DNA from: Candidatus Nitrospira inopinata
GTDB taxonomy: Bacteria > Nitrospirota > Nitrospiria > Nitrospirales > Nitrospiraceae
Length of the DNA stretch: 32,000 nucleotides
Direction: 5' to 3'
Assembly: GCF_001458695.1 (NCBI RefSeq)
Contig: NZ_LN885086.1
Span: 600,001 to 632,000, forward strand
A program made the translations under genes and the position numbers. Below are positions 6,671 through 13,720 of the stretch, in pieces. The first letter of the stretch is position 1, and each line of letters opens with the position of its first letter. The notes under the pieces are model-generated. The model saw only the letters and a list, made by a program, of their open reading frames with translations. It ran no database searches and was not told the origin of the DNA.

Positions 6671-7303
6671 TCAACGGCCGCAGGTTTGCGACCGTTGGAG
6701 GCAGGTCGTGAGCCAGGACGCGATGTCGTCCAGCAGGGCCGACACGGCTCGGTTCGCGGCGACGACGCCGCCATAGGCGTCCTGAGTGGGCGCCGGTTCC
6801 ATCCGCTCAAACGAGCGGGTCCCCAGGATTTTGGATTCCTTGACGTCCACCAGTTGCGCGCGAACCCTCACCCGCACCACACTGGGGTCCTGGGTGAACT
6901 CCTGCTGAACGGCGAATCCATACGAATCCAGCCTCAGATCGCCGTGAATGGCGGACGGCCAGGGAACGACGGCCCGCCACGATCCTGTTGCTTCCAGGGA
7001 CTGAATCAGCAAAGACCCGAACATGCGCGTCGGCTGCTCCGCCCACTGATTCACGGCGTAGTATTCGACCTCGTAGGGCCGTTTCACATACACCATCTTG
7101 GTCGTATCATACCCAGGCTCGGCTTGGGGCGTGGCAACCAACAGGATAGGAGCATCAGCGGAAGGTGGGCGAGCTTCAAGACTCCGATCTATCCCTAACC
7201 GATAAGTATGCGCTGGCTCGGTCGCTGTTTGAAGCGCCAAACAGCCGCCCAGCGTCAGGACAAGCCATGCGCTTCCGATCACGTGCGCCATCCGCCGCGT
7301 CAT
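6671..7303 (-). CDS. ABC-type transport auxiliary lipoprotein (PqiC/YmbA-like, DUF330)
   Basis: The track ORF starts at TTG 7351. ATG 7303 has a GGAGGAGGAA SD and gives the signal and lipobox MTRRMAHVIGSAWLVLTLGGC. It is the last gene of the Mla/Mce cluster. Confidence 0.7.
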   Translation of the reverse strand: MTRRMAHVIGSAWLVLTLGGCLALQTATEPAHTYRLGIDRSLEARPPSADAPILLVATPQAEPGYDTTKMVYVKRPYEVEYYAVNQWAEQPTRMFGSLLIQSLEATGSWRAVVPWPSAIHGDLRLDSYGFAVQQEFTQDPSVVRVRVRAQLVDVKESKILGTRSFERMEPAPTQDAYGGVVAANRAVSALLDDIASWLTTCLQRSQTCGR

Positions 7304-7393
7304 CGACAGGGTTCCTCCTCCGTTCATCATGTCACGATGGGCCCTTTCCAACTTCGCCGTCCCGTTACACCGACCACGATCGCCTCGGACGCG

Positions 7394-8359
7394 CTATTCC
7401 CCCGGACCGCGGCGGGGGGGCGTCTTGCCGAACACCAAGGCATTGGGTTGTTGTTCCAAATTCTCGGCGACGCGAGTCAAAATGCCCGCCAATTGTCTCA
7501 ACTCCGTCACCAGCATCGCCGCCTCGGGCAACGTCTGCTTTGAGAACCGCTCCAACTCCGTCCGATTTTCATCCACGATCGCGTGCACCGAGCGACTGGT
7601 CTTCGCCAGTTCCTCGGTCATCGCGCTAAACGACGCGGCGCTTTGGTTGATGCGCGCCACGAGCATCGGTATCTCCTCGTGGAGCAACGTGGTCACCTTG
7701 ACCAGATGCTCCGCGCTTTGCGACGCCCCATGCAGGGTAGCCTCGATCTCCTCCCTATGCGCCGCAACGGAATGGACGATCTCCGACAATTCTTTGATTG
7801 TTTGCTTCACCGCCAGACGATTTTCTTCGTCCAACGTTTCCGACGCTCCCTTGGCCAGCGATTCCAAACTGGCCAGCAAGTTAGTCAGCCCCTTATCGGA
7901 CAAGAGACGGGAAATCGCCTCGTCGAGCCTAAAAAACAACGGCGAGGGTCCCGTCTTGATGACGGGGTAGGGCTGTCCTTCCAACGCCACTAACGGAGGC
8001 GCGTCCCTTCTTCCCCCGGTCAGATTGATCGTGGCCAGACCGGTCAACCCCTGGGTCTCCAGCACGGCGACCGTATCAGTCTTGATCGGCGTCCCCCTGG
8101 TGATGTCCAAGATCAAACGAACCTCTTCCGGGTTGTCCGGATTGAGGGAAATGCTCCGCACCCGGCCGACATCCACGCCGCGATATTTGACGGTGGAATC
8201 CTCGCTCAAGCCGGCCACCGATTCCCGGAAATAGGCTTCGTACCGGTCGTACACTCCCCGGTAGTCCATCTTCCCCAGCCACAACACGCCGATCAGGGCC
8301 GCAGCGCCCAGAATCGCCACGAACAACCCGACCAGAATATAGTTGACCTTGGGTTCCAC
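7394..8359 (-). CDS. mlaD: MlaD/MCE-domain substrate-binding protein
   Basis: It has an N-terminal anchor (NYILVGLFVAILGAAALIGVLW), then an MCE domain (YFRESVAGLSEDSTVKYRGVDVGRVRSISL...LETQGLTGLATINLTGG) and a long helical C-terminus. The start is GTG. Confidence 0.85.
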   Translation of the reverse strand: MEPKVNYILVGLFVAILGAAALIGVLWLGKMDYRGVYDRYEAYFRESVAGLSEDSTVKYRGVDVGRVRSISLNPDNPEEVRLILDITRGTPIKTDTVAVLETQGLTGLATINLTGGRRDAPPLVALEGQPYPVIKTGPSPLFFRLDEAISRLLSDKGLTNLLASLESLAKGASETLDEENRLAVKQTIKELSEIVHSVAAHREEIEATLHGASQSAEHLVKVTTLLHEEIPMLVARINQSAASFSAMTEELAKTSRSVHAIVDENRTELERFSKQTLPEAAMLVTELRQLAGILTRVAENLEQQPNALVFGKTPPRRGPGE

Positions 8360-8433
8360 CTAATTTCCCCGCGTATCAAACGGCGCGTCCCTTTTCACTC
8401 GTGAGAGCCTGGCATAGGGAACGATGGGGACGC

Positions 8434-8468
8434 CGTTGTCGGTTGTGAGTTTTCGGTTGTCAGTTGTC
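8434..8468. repeat. Five tandem heptamers (cgttgtc ggttgtg agttttc ggttgtc agttgtc)
   Basis: Read directly from the sequence. The array spans the mlaF stop codon (8460-8462) and the first 26 nt of the 100-nt mlaF-mlaD spacer. On the mRNA strand it reads GACAACU GACAACC GAAAACU CACAACC GACAACG. Confidence 0.9.
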
Positions 8469-9269
8469 GGCCTTTCGCTGATTCCACAGGGCCTGGTCGT
8501 GGGCCGCCCGCCCTCGTGGGCCGTGGAAATACTCACGGATGATCGGGTCGTCCGACCGAGACAGTTCCTCCATCGTTCCCACTCCCAGCACCCGACCGTC
8601 GCCCAGCACCGCCACGCGGGTGGAGATCTGCCAAAGAGAATCAAGGTCGTGCGTGACCATGACGACCGTCAACCCCAAATGCGTTTTCAAGGAGAGAACC
8701 AGGTCGTCGAATCCCGCCGCGATGATCGGATCCAATCCGGCGGTCGGCTCGTCCAGAAAGACCAATTCGGGGTCCATCACGATGGCCCGCGCCAGCGCGG
8801 CCCGCCGCCTCATGCCGCCGCTCAGCTCGTTGGGATACTTGCCGGCGCTGTCCGGCGGCAACCCCACCATGGCGATCTTGACCTCGACGATCTCCCGAAT
8901 CAGTTTGGGACGCAGATTCGTGTGCTCCCGCAAGGGCACGGCCACGTTCTCGGCGAGCGTCAGCGAGCTAAAGAGCGCGCCGTGCTGGAACATCACGCCG
9001 AACCGGCGATGGATTACTCCGCCGTTGCTCACATCCAGTTGCCGGCTGTCGACTCCAAACAGGCGAATGGTCCCGCTCGAAGGGGTCGTGAGCCCAAGAA
9101 TCTCCCTGAGCAGGGTGGACTTCCCGCAGCCGTTGCCTCCCGCGATGACGAACACTTCGCCCTGATTGATCGTCAGACTCACATCTTGATGGACGACGGC
9201 TTTCCCGAACTTGGTCGAGACGTGGCTGACTTCGATGACCGGCGTGCCGGCTGGAGCGGTCGATGGCAT
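8460..9269 (-). CDS. mlaF: ABC transporter ATP-binding protein (MlaF-like)
   Basis: It has Walker A (GGNGCGKST), the signature LSGGMRRRAALARA and Walker B (VFLDEPTAGLD). Confidence 0.9.
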   Translation of the reverse strand: MPSTAPAGTPVIEVSHVSTKFGKAVVHQDVSLTINQGEVFVIAGGNGCGKSTLLREILGLTTPSSGTIRLFGVDSRQLDVSNGGVIHRRFGVMFQHGALFSSLTLAENVAVPLREHTNLRPKLIREIVEVKIAMVGLPPDSAGKYPNELSGGMRRRAALARAIVMDPELVFLDEPTAGLDPIIAAGFDDLVLSLKTHLGLTVVMVTHDLDSLWQISTRVAVLGDGRVLGVGTMEELSRSDDPIIREYFHGPRGRAAHDQALWNQRKADN

Positions 9270-9270
9270 C

Positions 9271-10386
9271 TTAGAGGTCCCACCAGCTCGTCAAGACGCT
9301 GCAAATGGCGTCGAACACGATGACCAGAAAGATGCTCTGCACGACGCTGATCGTGGTGTGCCGCCCCACGTCGTCCACCCCGCCTCTGATCTGAAACCCC
9401 TGGTAGCACCCGACCAGCGCGATGATGACCGCGAAGAACGGCGCCTTCGCGAGGCCGATCAACAAATGCCGCACCGCGACCGCTTCATCGAACCGATCGA
9501 GAAATTCGGCGAAGCTGACGTTGAGCTGGCCCGACGCGATGAGCATGCCCCCGAAGACGCCGAGGATGTCCGCATAGACCGTGAGCAGCGGCAACGTGAG
9601 CACCAAGGCGAACGTTCTGGGCAGCACCAGCAGATTGATCGGCGAGATGCCGAGCGTGCGGACCGCGTCCAACTCTTCCGTCACCTTCATCGTACCGATC
9701 TCGGCGGCATAGGCCGACCCCGATCGGCCGGCGATCAAGATCGCCACGATCAACGGCGCGATTTCCCGGAGCAGCGAAATGCCGACCAGATCGACGATGA
9801 AGATGTTGGTGCCGAACTTGCGCAATTGCTCGGCCCCCTGATACGCGATCACGACGCCGACAAGAAAGGTCAACAACCCGGTGATCGGCAAGGCGCGCAC
9901 TCCGTCGAATTCCACGACGCGGAGCATGGCCCGCCATCGGATCAGCCGAGGCCGCAGGAGGGACCGGCCGATGGCGACGGTCGTCTCCCCCAGAAAGGCG
10001 AGCGCTCGAACCACCCCGTCCGTTCCGATCTTGACGGATGGAACGAGCGGCTTCTCCCATCCGGCCTGTTGGGCCGGGGAAGCGTGGTTGAGCCGCGCCT
10101 TCGCTTGGACCATCCGAACCAGTTCGGCGAATTCCGGCTTGAGCCCTTGAACGGAGACGGCCTTCCCTCTGCGAACGAGATCGCTCTCGATCCGCTGCAA
10201 CAACAACGCCCCGCCCGTATCCATGGCGGTCACCTCGCCGACGTCGCAGATCACCTCCGATGCCGTCGGCCATCCAAGCCGATCGATGCGACGCTCCAGA
10301 TCGTTCAGATTCGACAGGGTCCAGGCTCCCCGGCACTGCACCACATCGTCGCTCACGGAGATGATGGCCTGCTGTTCCACCGGCAT
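9271..10386 (-). CDS. mlaE: MlaE-family ABC permease with N-terminal STAS-like domain
   Basis: The 371-aa product has an N-terminal region of about 100 aa that looks like a STAS anti-sigma-antagonist domain (CRGAWTLSNLNDLERRIDRL...VTAMDTGGALLL). It is followed by the MlaE permease core (GISPINLLVLPR, GGVDDVGRHTT). The stop is 1 nt from the mlaF start. Confidence 0.85.
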   Translation of the reverse strand: MPVEQQAIISVSDDVVQCRGAWTLSNLNDLERRIDRLGWPTASEVICDVGEVTAMDTGGALLLQRIESDLVRRGKAVSVQGLKPEFAELVRMVQAKARLNHASPAQQAGWEKPLVPSVKIGTDGVVRALAFLGETTVAIGRSLLRPRLIRWRAMLRVVEFDGVRALPITGLLTFLVGVVIAYQGAEQLRKFGTNIFIVDLVGISLLREIAPLIVAILIAGRSGSAYAAEIGTMKVTEELDAVRTLGISPINLLVLPRTFALVLTLPLLTVYADILGVFGGMLIASGQLNVSFAEFLDRFDEAVAVRHLLIGLAKAPFFAVIIALVGCYQGFQIRGGVDDVGRHTTISVVQSIFLVIVFDAICSVLTSWWDL

Positions 10387-10430
10387 GGTTCGTTCGGCGA
10401 TCCCACGCGCTCCCGCGTTCCAATGAGCGA

Positions 10431-10465
10431 GCGACTTCCATCGAGCGAAGGCGACTTCCGTCGCC
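10431..10465. repeat. Imperfect direct repeat with a 20-bp period (gcgacttccatcg / gcgacttccgtcg), overlapping a 6-bp hairpin
   Basis: The copies are at 10431-10443 and 10451-10463, each preceded by gagcga. The hairpin is ggcgac-ttcc-gtcgcc at 10450-10465. The element lies in the 112-nt ftsH-mlaE spacer. Confidence 0.8.
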
Positions 10466-10498
10466 GGAGCGCATCCTACCTGCGTCCCAGCGGTTCGC

Positions 10499-12301
10499 TC
10501 ACGTTTTCTCCATGATGGCTTGGAGATCCGGCCCGCTGATCACTTCCCGCTCCAGCAAGAGCTTCGCCCCCTGTTGCAACGCGGCTTTTTTCGATTCCAG
10601 CAACCGCTTGACCCGTTCGTACTGCTCGTCGACGATGCGGCGCACCTCGCAATCGATCTCCCTGGCCGTCTGCTCGGAATAATCGCCCTTTTCGGATCCC
10701 ACTGAGATCTGGAGAAACTGCGGCTGCCGATCCCGCTCCAACGCGATGGTCCCCAGTTTGTCGCTCATCCCGTAGGCCTTCACCATGCTCTTGGCGATGT
10801 CCGTGGCCTTCACGAGATCGTTTTGCGCGCCGGTCGAGGCTTCGCCGAAAGTCAATTCCTCCGCGATCCGACCGCCCAACAGCACGGCGATCTTATTTTC
10901 GAGCTCGGACTTGGTCATGAGAAACCGGTCTTCCGTGGGAAGTTGGAGTGTGTAGCCCAGCGCGGCGACGCCGCGAGGAATGATCGAAATCTTCTGGACC
11001 TGATCCGCTCCCGGCACCGACAGGGCGACCAGGGCATGGCCCGTCTCATGATAGGCGACCCGTTCCTTCTCCATTTTATTGAGCACGCGATTCTTTTTTT
11101 CCAACCCGGCGATGACGCGCTCCACCGCCTCCTGCAATTCGGACGCTCCGACCTTGTCTTTTCCGCGACGCACGGACAACAGCGCCGCTTCGTTGATGAC
11201 GTTCGCCAAATCGGCCCCGGAAAATCCGGGAGTCATGGCCGCCACGGTCTCCAGGTCGGCGTCGGCCCCCAACGCCACCTGTTTGGCATGCACGCGCAAA
11301 ATGGCCAGACGGCCCAGCTTGTCCGGGCGATCCACGGTCACATGACGATCGAACCGTCCCGCGCGGAGCAGCGCCGGGTCCAAAATCTCCGGCCGATTGG
11401 TCGCCGCCATGAGGATCACGCCGACCCGTGGATCGAATCCGTCCATTTCGACAAGAAGTTGGTTCAATGTCTGCTCCCGCTCTTCGTGCGTCATCGGTCC
11501 CATCCCGCGCGCCTTCCCCAGCGCATCAAGCTCATCGATAAAAATGATGCAGGGTGCTTTCGTCTTGGCCTGCTCGAAGAGGTCCCGTACGCGGGCCGCG
11601 CCGACGCCCACGAACATTTCAACGAATTCCGAGCCGCTGATACTGAAAAACGGCACGCCGGCCTCACCAGCCACTGCCTTGGCCAGCAAGGTTTTCCCAG
11701 TTCCCGGCGGGCCAACCAGCAGAATCCCCTTCGGGATTTTCCCGCCCAGTTTCGTGAACTTCTCGGGAGTCTTGAGGAACTCGATCACCTCGCGCAATTC
11801 CTCTTTCGCCTCGTCCACGCCGGCGACGTCGGAAAACCGCACCTTGATGTCCTTCTCCATATAGATCTTCGCTTTGGACTGGCCCACCTGCATGAACCCG
11901 CCCTGGGCTTGGCCCATTCGGCGAAGGATGAACATCCAGATTCCGACGAACAATGCGACCGGCACGATCCAGGACAAAAGATCGCGCCAGAAAGTGGTTT
12001 CAATCACGCCGGTAAACACCACGCCATGGGTGTTGAGCTCGCGCACCAGATCGGGGTCCTCGACGCGCACCGTGGCGAACAATTGCCCGACCTTTTCTTC
12101 CCCTTCCGGCTTCAGCTTGCCGGTGAGCATGTGGCTGGTGACCGCCACCTCAGCCACCTTGCCCTCCTCCACCCATTTTTTGAACTGGCTGTAGGGAACT
12201 TCTTCGACCTTGTTCATGGCCACGATGAGGTCGTGCACCAGCACCACGGCCATGATGGCGAGGAAGATATACCAAATGGAGAAGGAGACTTTGTTGTTCA
12301 T
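10499..12301 (-). CDS. ftsH: ATP-dependent zinc metalloprotease FtsH
   Basis: It has the AAA+ Walker A ([23 protein letters not shown]), Walker B (IIFIDELDA), SRH and the HETGHA zinc site. ATG 12301 has a GGGGGAG SD 8 nt upstream. The track's longest start is 12337. Confidence 0.95.
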   Translation of the reverse strand: MNNKVSFSIWYIFLAIMAVVLVHDLIVAMNKVEEVPYSQFKKWVEEGKVAEVAVTSHMLTGKLKPEGEEKVGQLFATVRVEDPDLVRELNTHGVVFTGVIETTFWRDLLSWIVPVALFVGIWMFILRRMGQAQGGFMQVGQSKAKIYMEKDIKVRFSDVAGVDEAKEELREVIEFLKTPEKFTKLGGKIPKGILLVGPPGTGKTLLAKAVAGEAGVPFFSISGSEFVEMFVGVGAARVRDLFEQAKTKAPCIIFIDELDALGKARGMGPMTHEEREQTLNQLLVEMDGFDPRVGVILMAATNRPEILDPALLRAGRFDRHVTVDRPDKLGRLAILRVHAKQVALGADADLETVAAMTPGFSGADLANVINEAALLSVRRGKDKVGASELQEAVERVIAGLEKKNRVLNKMEKERVAYHETGHALVALSVPGADQVQKISIIPRGVAALGYTLQLPTEDRFLMTKSELENKIAVLLGGRIAEELTFGEASTGAQNDLVKATDIAKSMVKAYGMSDKLGTIALERDRQPQFLQISVGSEKGDYSEQTAREIDCEVRRIVDEQYERVKRLLESKKAALQQGAKLLLEREVISGPDLQAIMEKT

Positions 12302-12361
12302 CGGCGGCACTCCCCCTTTGGGTCCCATGGTTTGCATCCTCCGCGGTTAAACTCCCACAGT

Positions 12362-13318
12362 CTAAAAGATAAAGTAGGCCCCCACGCCGATCGCTTCGAT
12401 CTTTTGATCGATAAAAAACTGTCCGTATGGATTGTGGCCATAGTAATAGGCGGCCATGATCCGAAACCGCCGTTGCGAATCCGGTCGAGACCATTCGAAC
12501 CCGCCCAGCACACTGGTGTCGATGAGCCAGCCGTGCTGTTCCAGCGACTTGAAGTCGGCGGACAGCAGGGGCGTCACCATCAGACGGTTCAGGAACGTGA
12601 ACGGCCCCGGCATCGCCAACGAGGAGGCTCGTGCCTCAAATCCCCATTGGAGCCGCAACCGATCCACCGTATCCGGCTCACGATGCACCAGAACGCCGCC
12701 TCCTCCGTACAGGCGCAGCCACCGGTAATCATACGACAGAATGCCGTCCACTTCTTCAAAGGAAACGGTCAGCCGCCGAAAGCCCGTCCCTTGATTTCTT
12801 TCCAAGAATTCATCGCCGATGTGACTGCTCTGATGATAATACCGGAGACGCGCCGACCAATTCCCCGATCGCCAGGACAGAGGAATCCCCACGTTGAAAT
12901 CGGCGTTGATCAACTCGGCGTTCTTCTGGTCCAAATTGAACTGGGCGAACACACCCGTCAACAGCCCTACCTGCCAGCCGTCGCATCCTTGCCGCTTGGT
13001 ATAAAAGCCGAAGTTTTCGCCGATGGCCACCGATCCCCAATTGAAAGAGGACCCACCGTTACGCGGGCGAAAATGCTGCCAGACCGCGAAGAACTGCGGC
13101 TGTTTCGGATCGGCCATGAGCGGGCGAAACACGTCGTCGGAGGGAAACGCCTCGCTGGTCGCCCGATTGTCGCTTTGGCCGAACCGACAATCACGGACCG
13201 GCTGAAGCTGTTTCTCATCGTGTTTGGTGTCCTGTTCCGCAAAGGCCGTTCCTCCCAACAAGACGGCCATCCCAACCATGACGATCACCCCCCCTGACCT
13301 CGCCCTTCCCCGATCCAT
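12362..13318 (-). CDS. DUF1207 outer-membrane beta-barrel-like protein
   Basis: It has a signal peptide (MVGMAVLLGGTAFA), FRPLMADPKQPQF, YYHQSSHIGDEF and a C-terminal aromatic residue (YFIF). The SD is GAGGGAGG. Confidence 0.7.
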   Translation of the reverse strand: MDRGRARSGGVIVMVGMAVLLGGTAFAEQDTKHDEKQLQPVRDCRFGQSDNRATSEAFPSDDVFRPLMADPKQPQFFAVWQHFRPRNGGSSFNWGSVAIGENFGFYTKRQGCDGWQVGLLTGVFAQFNLDQKNAELINADFNVGIPLSWRSGNWSARLRYYHQSSHIGDEFLERNQGTGFRRLTVSFEEVDGILSYDYRWLRLYGGGGVLVHREPDTVDRLRLQWGFEARASSLAMPGPFTFLNRLMVTPLLSADFKSLEQHGWLIDTSVLGGFEWSRPDSQRRFRIMAAYYYGHNPYGQFFIDQKIEAIGVGAYFIF

Positions 13319-13452
13319 AGCCTCCCTCTAGGTTTGATATTCCGTTCGTATCGACAGCCAACACCACCCTCTTTCGATAGCACATTTTCCCTTTGAAATT
13401 CACATGTTTTTCGGAGGACACGGGAAGACTGCGTGATGGGACAGTCCTCGTG

Positions 13453-13471
13453 AAAAACCGCACACGAGCGG
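13453..13471 (-). terminator. Weak candidate terminator after the micro-ORF
   Basis: The mRNA strand reads CCGC-ucgugu-GCGG followed by U5. An alternative 6-bp stem is CUCGUG-N10-CACGAG. Both stems are short. Confidence 0.25.
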
Positions 13472-13480
13472 AGATTCCCT

Positions 13481-13576
13481 TCACAAGTCTCTCTTGCGTT
13501 TTCCTTTGATGAGGATCAACACCCCGCCGCATCCGATAACAAAGGCCAGAACTCCCAACAGCAACAACGGATCCAT
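13481..13576 (-). CDS. 31-aa single-pass membrane micro-protein (hypothetical)
   Basis: The product is MDPLLLLGVLAFVIGCGGVLILIKGKRKRDL. An AAGGGAG SD lies about 7 nt upstream of ATG 13576. Third-position GC is about 70% here, against about 48% in the upstream extension of the 75-aa track ORF. It lies 145 nt downstream of the P-type ATPase stop on the same strand. Confidence 0.4.
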   Translation of the reverse strand: MDPLLLLGVLAFVIGCGGVLILIKGKRKRDL

Positions 13577-13720
13577 CCCTTCACTCCCTTTACGAGGAGA
13601 CCGACCAGTTCCTCTCTCGGCAAAACAGCCCGCCCCACAGCATCCTCCCAAGGCAAACAGAGTAGCCTCGCCGTCCTTGATCCATCGATCCATCGTATCA
13701 TGATGCAAACATCGCGCTGT

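Noticed and set aside
8360-8644. 94-aa minus-strand ORF in the mlaF-mlaD spacer
   Set aside because: It overlaps the 3' end of mlaF in another frame. Its odd TTDN repeats are simply the translation of the heptamer DNA repeat.
10823-13297. 824-aa plus-strand ORF
   Set aside because: It is antisense to ftsH and the DUF1207 gene, both of which are unmistakable on the minus strand. It is a shadow ORF. The same reasoning applies to 9211-10515, 14166-14981, 14735-15604, 17609-18427, 19991-20911, 20957-22114, 22476-23279, 24822-25979, 26566-27849, 27714-29126 and 30268-31239.
13481-13708. Full 75-aa version of the small ORF downstream of the P-type ATPase
   Set aside because: The first 44 codons have third-position GC of about 48%, against about 70% for the last 31. 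There is no SD at 13708, whereas ATG 13576 has AAGGGAG. Only the short form is reported, at low confidence.
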